Assembly: GCF_001971585.1 (NCBI RefSeq)
Contig: NZ_CP019323.1
Coordinates: 400,053-424,052, forward strand
Source of the DNA: Companilactobacillus allii
Lineage (GTDB): Bacteria; Bacillota; Bacilli; Lactobacillales; Lactobacillaceae
Direction of reading: 5' to 3'
Length of the DNA: 24,000 nucleotides
Under the pieces are notes generated by a model. The model was given only the letters and a program-made list of their open reading frames with translations, ran no database searches and had not been told where the DNA came from. Made by a program: the position numbers and the translations under genes. This document shows, piece by piece, positions 19,231-24,000 of the stretch (within the stretch, counting starts at the first letter, position 1; the number at the start of each line of letters is the position of its first letter).

Positions 19231-19259
19231 AGTGTATGCCCTTACATCACTGTTGTCAA
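19231..19259 (-). promoter_or_regulatory. Putative sigma-A promoter of the yhf-like operon
   Basis: On the minus strand, a perfect -35 TTGACA (19259-19254), an exact 17-nt spacer, then a -10 TACACT (19236-19231). This leaves a leader of about 48 nt. Confidence 0.45.
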
Positions 19260-19435
19260 TATTCTTTTTTTTAATATAATTTTTTATAACACAAAAAGAA
19301 TATCTATCCTTTCAACATTAATGAATTCATTACAATCCATTTACAAAAAAGAGGTTAGATATTCCTTAATAATTGTACTGTAAAATTGTTATTATTCATA
19401 GATGTAAATCACCTAGAAATAATTCGGTATTACTT

Positions 19436-20239
19436 TTATCTTTTCAATATATTCTCTGACTGTACCCACTTACTGATATTTCCCTTATGTTTTTTCACAT
19501 ATTTAGAATAAATAATATCCAACTGAATGAGCACAGGAATCTGAGGTGAAATATTTCCCAAAGCTTCGTCTGCTGAAAAGTTCGCTGCATAGACTGTTTC
19601 CTCACAATAATCAACAATTGGAGAATCCTCATTCGAAGTAATCATTAAAAACTTAGCTCCTTTTGTTCTTCCCACTTTAACAGCTTCCAACATATCCTTG
19701 TCCTGACCGCGAAGGGATGCAATTAGTACCAAATCTCCTTTTTGTAAAGAACTAGCCGATAAAGATATAGAGTGTTGGTCACTATAAACCTGTATCACTT
19801 TACCAAATCTTGCAAATTTGAATTCAAAATCATTACCAGCAAATGAGTTAAATCCTAATCCCCAAAACATGATAATCCTTGTAGCATCGATAAGATCACA
19901 GAAGTTCTCTACTGCTTGACTACGATATGCGGCATCACTTCTCGTGGCCAGAGCATGATAACTAGCGGTAACTGGGGTGGATATATTACTAGCATCCTCA
20001 GTTTGATCATTTAAAGAAAGACTATATAAAAAGATCAGTTCTTTGAAGTTATTTAATCCCAATTTCTTACAAAATCTTGTAATTGATGGCGGTGAAACCG
20101 AAATTTTTTTTGCTAATTCACTAATACTTAATACTTCTTGTTTACTGATAAAATAATCAGCAATATTTTGTTCTACCGATGTAAAACTATTTCGATGGGA
20201 TTCAATTAATAAGAATAAGTCGTCAACCTTGTTTTCCAT
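19436..20239 (-). CDS. MurR/RpiR-family transcriptional regulator (HTH_6 plus SIS domain)
   Basis: 267 aa. It has an N-terminal HTH (ISELAKKISVSPPSITRFCKKLGLNNFKEL) and a C-terminal SIS-type sugar-phosphate-binding region (IIMFWGLGFNSFAGNDF ... LVLIASLRGQDKD). It starts 16 nt after the GH38 stop. Confidence 0.88.
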   Translation of the reverse strand: MENKVDDLFLLIESHRNSFTSVEQNIADYFISKQEVLSISELAKKISVSPPSITRFCKKLGLNNFKELIFLYSLSLNDQTEDASNISTPVTASYHALATRSDAAYRSQAVENFCDLIDATRIIMFWGLGFNSFAGNDFEFKFARFGKVIQVYSDQHSISLSASSLQKGDLVLIASLRGQDKDMLEAVKVGRTKGAKFLMITSNEDSPIVDYCEETVYAANFSADEALGNISPQIPVLIQLDIIYSKYVKKHKGNISKWVQSENILKR

Positions 20240-20255
20240 ACAGTTACCTTCAATC

Positions 20256-22877
20256 TTATTTATTAATTTTTATCGTTTTGACCTCACCAGGCTTAAAATC
20301 ACCACATGAAATATTTTTCATTTTGCCCATGCTTCTTTTTAGTCTTCCAACAAAGTCAGTTTCACTAATAAAATAGAAGTCATTTAATAATACCAAATCA
20401 TTTCCTCCACATGAATGCTTACTTGGATTATAAACCCTTAAGAGCCATCCTGACTCGTCTTGACTCTCAGTTAAGCTACTAAAAATAAGATTCTTATTTT
20501 TAATTTCTAGAAACGGATTACTTTCAATCTGCTTGTCGAGTGGCTGCATTACAAAATACTTCAGAGTATTAGTAAATAAATTTAGATTTTGTTCCTGATA
20601 AAACGGCTGACTTATCGCATATATTTGGAAATTCTTCATCATTTCAGCAGGCATGAATCTATCATTTAATTGCAACGCAAATTTAAAATGAAGTTTCTCT
20701 ATTAATTGACTATCAGGAGTAGGTATATAGGTAAATTGATTACCTGATGCGACACCTGGTCTCCTGATCAAATCTGGTCTACCTAAAAATCCAACAGAAC
20801 GGAATAACGTAAGTGCAATCTGATTATAATTTTTACCGATAATTTGATACTCTTTATTACCTTTAGCCATAACAGTCCAGCTAGAGTCATCATTATGAAC
20901 ATTTACGTAATGGAGCATAGGGAAAATTGCTGTCGGCTCTTCCTTCCAGCCGAGTTCTTTCCAATCCCTTAAATGAGGATCTACTACTGAACGTCTAATA
21001 TATCCAAACCCAGTATCTGCATATGAATATTGTGATTCAATATCAGAATTAAAAATTGCACGCATGCGATGATCTTTAACGTCATTCTCAATATCTAGAT
21101 GAAACTGAATTTGATTATCTCTATCTAGAGTTAATTCTAGTTCATAATTAACGATTCCAGAATTGGTTTTGTTGGCTCTTTCGTCTAAGTCTTTAGGTAA
21201 ATTCCATTGACCAGTAAGTATCATTTTTTGACCAACTTTACCGTTTTGAACTTTAACTGTGGCATCATTGTAATTCAAATAAATTATATTATCTTTATAC
21301 GCTGGTGAGTAGTCGTAAGTGTCACCTTCATCTCCGCCATCTTCAAAGATCAAAAGTTTTTCAAATTCTTTATTATTTTTTAAATCCAGTAATGTTAAAT
21401 CGCCGTTTGAATATTTAATTCTAAGATCACCATTTGAAATTGAATTAGATTCTGTATGGCCTATTACCTCAGCATTACCCATTTTGGGAACTAATTTTAA
21501 CTTTTTCCACTGCAATGATGGCAACGTTATTTTAGCCTGACAATGAAAAATATAATAGTAATCTGTCTCTTTATACTGAGATTCATCTCTTTTTATCTGG
21601 CCATTATATTTCTTCTCAATATCTAAGATATCCACCAATATCTTTTTATCATTATCATATAAATCAAAGTCTTTATTCTTTAATGATACGTTGAATTTTA
21701 CTATTTTTTCAGTGTTAAAAGGTAGTGTATTAAAAAAGGTTAAATCATTGGGCTCCTTATTCTTTTGAGATTCAGAAATTTTTCTAGTTAAATAATCAAC
21801 TGCAGAGTACGATAGTTGGTCTGCCTCTTGTAATCGATCCAAAATGATTTTATTAGTTTTATCACTATTACATCCCCCAGCACTATCGTGGGCATGATTT
21901 CTTACAATTAATTTCCATATTTTATTTAATAATGATTTTTTATATTCTATTCCCACTCTATCAGCCATGACCATTAAAGGTTCCAGTTGGTAGATCATTC
22001 TACGTTCTACTTTGTCATTTAAATACTTTTGATCATATCGTGAAGAATATATAGATCGATGTATTTTGGATACTGAACTATTAATGAACTCACCAGAAAC
22101 ATTATCCAAAGCATTTCTTTTCATATTCATTTTAATGAATAAGGCAGGATAATTACTTTCAAAAAGTTGGATATCTTTATCTTTCAAAGCGTCATTATAG
22201 AATTTGATTCTATCTTTTAAATTATAATCAACATATCTTTGATCTCCACCCACTGGCAGGGCAATATCATCAATCGTTGTACCACTAATAACTGTTTTCA
22301 TCGTGGAGTCTACATTGTCGTCGTCAATTAAACCAACACCAACAAAATATCCATCTTTGATATTCAACGTAGTTACATTTGATCCATCTTCAGAATTCCA
22401 AACAAATTCACGATTCCTCGTTTTATCTTCTGACAAACCCCTCCAAAATAATGCATTAGTAATACCCATACCATTATAGATTTTAGGCATATCAGCAGCT
22501 TGACCAAAAGAATCAGGTAAATATCCTATTCTTTGACTTCCACCTAATTTATCAGCCATCTCCATCCCTAAGGACAAATTTCTTACAATTGATTCACCGG
22601 TAACAATCATCTCATCTGTCTGCGTATACCATGGCCCAATAAATAAACGGCCGTTTCGTACCCACTTAGATAATTCTTCTTTTTTTTCAGGATAGGCATC
22701 CAAGTAGTCATCCAAAATACTCATTTGACCATCCAACAGATAATAATCAACAATCTGATCTTCCAGTGCTTTAAAGACTTCATCCATATGATATACAAAC
22801 TGAATTATTGCCTCATTCCTAGTAAAATACCATTCAAAATCCCAATGTGTATGTTGAATAACATGAATATTTTTCAT
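20256..22877 (-). CDS. GH38 alpha-mannosidase (MngB-like, intracellular)
   Basis: 873 aa (E. coli MngB is 877 aa) with a GAGGAG RBS. It has the N-terminal GH38 metal-site motif IHVIQHTHWDFEWYFT and the downstream YLPDSFGQ motif. There is no signal peptide. Fructose-family PTS genes lie immediately upstream. Confidence 0.9.
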   Translation of the reverse strand: MKNIHVIQHTHWDFEWYFTRNEAIIQFVYHMDEVFKALEDQIVDYYLLDGQMSILDDYLDAYPEKKEELSKWVRNGRLFIGPWYTQTDEMIVTGESIVRNLSLGMEMADKLGGSQRIGYLPDSFGQAADMPKIYNGMGITNALFWRGLSEDKTRNREFVWNSEDGSNVTTLNIKDGYFVGVGLIDDDNVDSTMKTVISGTTIDDIALPVGGDQRYVDYNLKDRIKFYNDALKDKDIQLFESNYPALFIKMNMKRNALDNVSGEFINSSVSKIHRSIYSSRYDQKYLNDKVERRMIYQLEPLMVMADRVGIEYKKSLLNKIWKLIVRNHAHDSAGGCNSDKTNKIILDRLQEADQLSYSAVDYLTRKISESQKNKEPNDLTFFNTLPFNTEKIVKFNVSLKNKDFDLYDNDKKILVDILDIEKKYNGQIKRDESQYKETDYYYIFHCQAKITLPSLQWKKLKLVPKMGNAEVIGHTESNSISNGDLRIKYSNGDLTLLDLKNNKEFEKLLIFEDGGDEGDTYDYSPAYKDNIIYLNYNDATVKVQNGKVGQKMILTGQWNLPKDLDERANKTNSGIVNYELELTLDRDNQIQFHLDIENDVKDHRMRAIFNSDIESQYSYADTGFGYIRRSVVDPHLRDWKELGWKEEPTAIFPMLHYVNVHNDDSSWTVMAKGNKEYQIIGKNYNQIALTLFRSVGFLGRPDLIRRPGVASGNQFTYIPTPDSQLIEKLHFKFALQLNDRFMPAEMMKNFQIYAISQPFYQEQNLNLFTNTLKYFVMQPLDKQIESNPFLEIKNKNLIFSSLTESQDESGWLLRVYNPSKHSCGGNDLVLLNDFYFISETDFVGRLKRSMGKMKNISCGDFKPGEVKTIKINK

Positions 22878-22896
22878 CGTCTTTTCTCCTCACTAT

Positions 22897-22928
22897 TAAA
22901 AAAATGGGAAGACACGTCCTTCCCATTT
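22897..22928 (-). terminator. Intrinsic terminator or attenuator hairpin between PTS EIIA and GH38
   Basis: On the minus strand, AAATGGGAAG, 7-nt loop GACGTGT, CTTCCCATTT, followed by TTTTTT. The GH38 RBS and ATG follow within about 20 nt. Confidence 0.7.
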
Positions 22929-22936
22929 ATCATTTT

Positions 22937-23383
22937 CTATATACCTTCAATCGTTTCTGTCAAAATTTTGGAATCATTATTTTTTAAAACATTTTCTCTA
23001 AATTCATCATCCATTAATTTCCTAGCAATTTTGCTCAACAATTTTAAATGTTCCTTAGCTCCATCTTTAGGAATAGTTAAAAAGAATCCAACTTGAATTG
23101 GTTCACCATCTAGTGCTTCCCAATCGATCTTATTATCGAATTTAACTAGGAACAATCCTGGTTCAAGTACACTTTCATCATTACTATGTGGAATTGCTAT
23201 ACCATTCTTAAATCCAGTAGTTGCCTCAATTTCACGAGCCTTCAATCCTTGATAAAAAACTTCATAGCTATTGACATATCCACAATTCTCGATAAATTTT
23301 GCAACATTTAAAAATGCTTCATCCTGTGTTTTGCTTTCATGGTCATAAAAGATATGTTCTTGATTAAAAATACTAGTTTCCAT
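22937..23383 (-). CDS. PTS EIIA component, fructose/mannitol family (PTS_EIIA_2)
   Basis: About 148 aa. The ATG at 23383 has GAGGT 6 nt upstream, and the track TTG at 23386 is one codon earlier. The active-site region is GFKNGIAIPHS (phospho-His). Confidence 0.88.
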   Translation of the reverse strand: METSIFNQEHIFYDHESKTQDEAFLNVAKFIENCGYVNSYEVFYQGLKAREIEATTGFKNGIAIPHSNDESVLEPGLFLVKFDNKIDWEALDGEPIQVGFFLTIPKDGAKEHLKLLSKIARKLMDDEFRENVLKNNDSKILTETIEGI

Positions 23384-23404
23384 CAAAATACCTCATTCTA
23401 TAAA

Positions 23405-24000
23405 TTATTCAGTTTCAGAACTGTCGAACTGCTCCGCAGCCTCAAGTACCGCATCACTTCTAGTTAGACCTATGATGAGCGCTGTAACAGCAATTCCTGC
23501 AGACACACAAAGTATCCATGTAATAAACGGAATTGGTTGTTCGATATATCCAATAAAAGTACCTAAAGGAGAACCGATCCCTCCGTAAAACTTACATCCA
23601 GTTGCGGCTACTAATCCACCAGCAACCGCTGATCCTGTGACATTAGCTATAATCATTCTGATTGGATCGGCGGCAACAAACGGAATTGCACCTTCAGTTA
23701 CACCAACTAACCCCATACCTAATGCGGCACTAGCGGCTGTCTTTTCATCCTTGGAAAACTTCTTCTTCCAAATAATTGTGGCTAACCAAACACCTAAAGG
23801 TGCAACTGATATTGCTGCTTGTGAAGCAGTTTGAGGAACGAAGTTAGCATGAGTTGGTCCAAATTTAGCCATGGTATCAGTAAAAACAGCTGTACCAAAA
23901 ATCAAAGCTGTTTTGTTAACTGGTCCACCTAAATCAAATCCCATCATGGCACCAATAACCGCCCCAAGAACAATAGGAGCACTAGTTGAATTTTCATTTA
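23405..24000 (-). CDS. PTS fructose-family EIIC (or EIIBC) component, C-terminal part; the gene continues beyond the window
   Basis: Hydrophobic ORF containing the EIIC-Fru signature GFDLGGPVNKTA. The reading frame stays open up to position 24000, so the Met at 23947 is internal and not the true start. Confidence 0.85.
   Translation of the reverse strand, partial: NENSTSAPIVLGAVIGAMMGFDLGGPVNKTALIFGTAVFTDTMAKFGPTHANFVPQTASQAAISVAPLGVWLATIIWKKKFSKDEKTAASAALGMGLVGVTEGAIPFVAADPIRMIIANVTGSAVAGGLVAATGCKFYGGIGSPLGTFIGYIEQPIPFITWILCVSAGIAVTALIIGLTRSDAVLEAAEQFDSSETE

Overview
This 24 kb window looks like chromosomal DNA from a low-GC Firmicute, probably a Lactobacillaceae-type genome. The basis is AT-rich sequence, GGAGG-type ribosome binding sites (RBSs), cre boxes and PTS plus glycoside-hydrolase gene content. 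I found no rRNA, tRNA, CRISPR array, IS element, integrase or phage gene. I support 22 CDSs, 18 of them on the minus strand, arranged as back-to-back accessory catabolic modules. (1) 365-2626 (+): DUF969 and DUF979 membrane proteins plus pyroglutamyl peptidase Pcp. (2) 2723-5394 (-): ROK sugar kinase, GH1 6-phospho-beta-glucosidase and a SemiSWEET, read divergently from an AraC regulator at 5515-6627. (3) 6659-11548 (-): GH78 alpha-L-rhamnosidase, MFS permease and an HSL-type esterase, preceded by a cre box. (4) 11769-19176 (-): eight tightly coupled genes that match, one for one, the functionally orphan E. coli yhfZ-yhfY-yhfX-yhfW-php-yhfU-yhfT-yhfS cluster, but in a shuffled order. The cluster has a candidate promoter and a palindrome (CAATATA-N10-TATATTG) present in two of its intergenic gaps. 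(5) 19436-24000 (-): fructose-family PTS EIIC (partial), EIIA, GH38 alpha-mannosidase and an RpiR regulator. Module 4 is the best candidate for an undescribed system. All functional calls come from motifs read in the translations and from remembered family knowledge. No database search was run.
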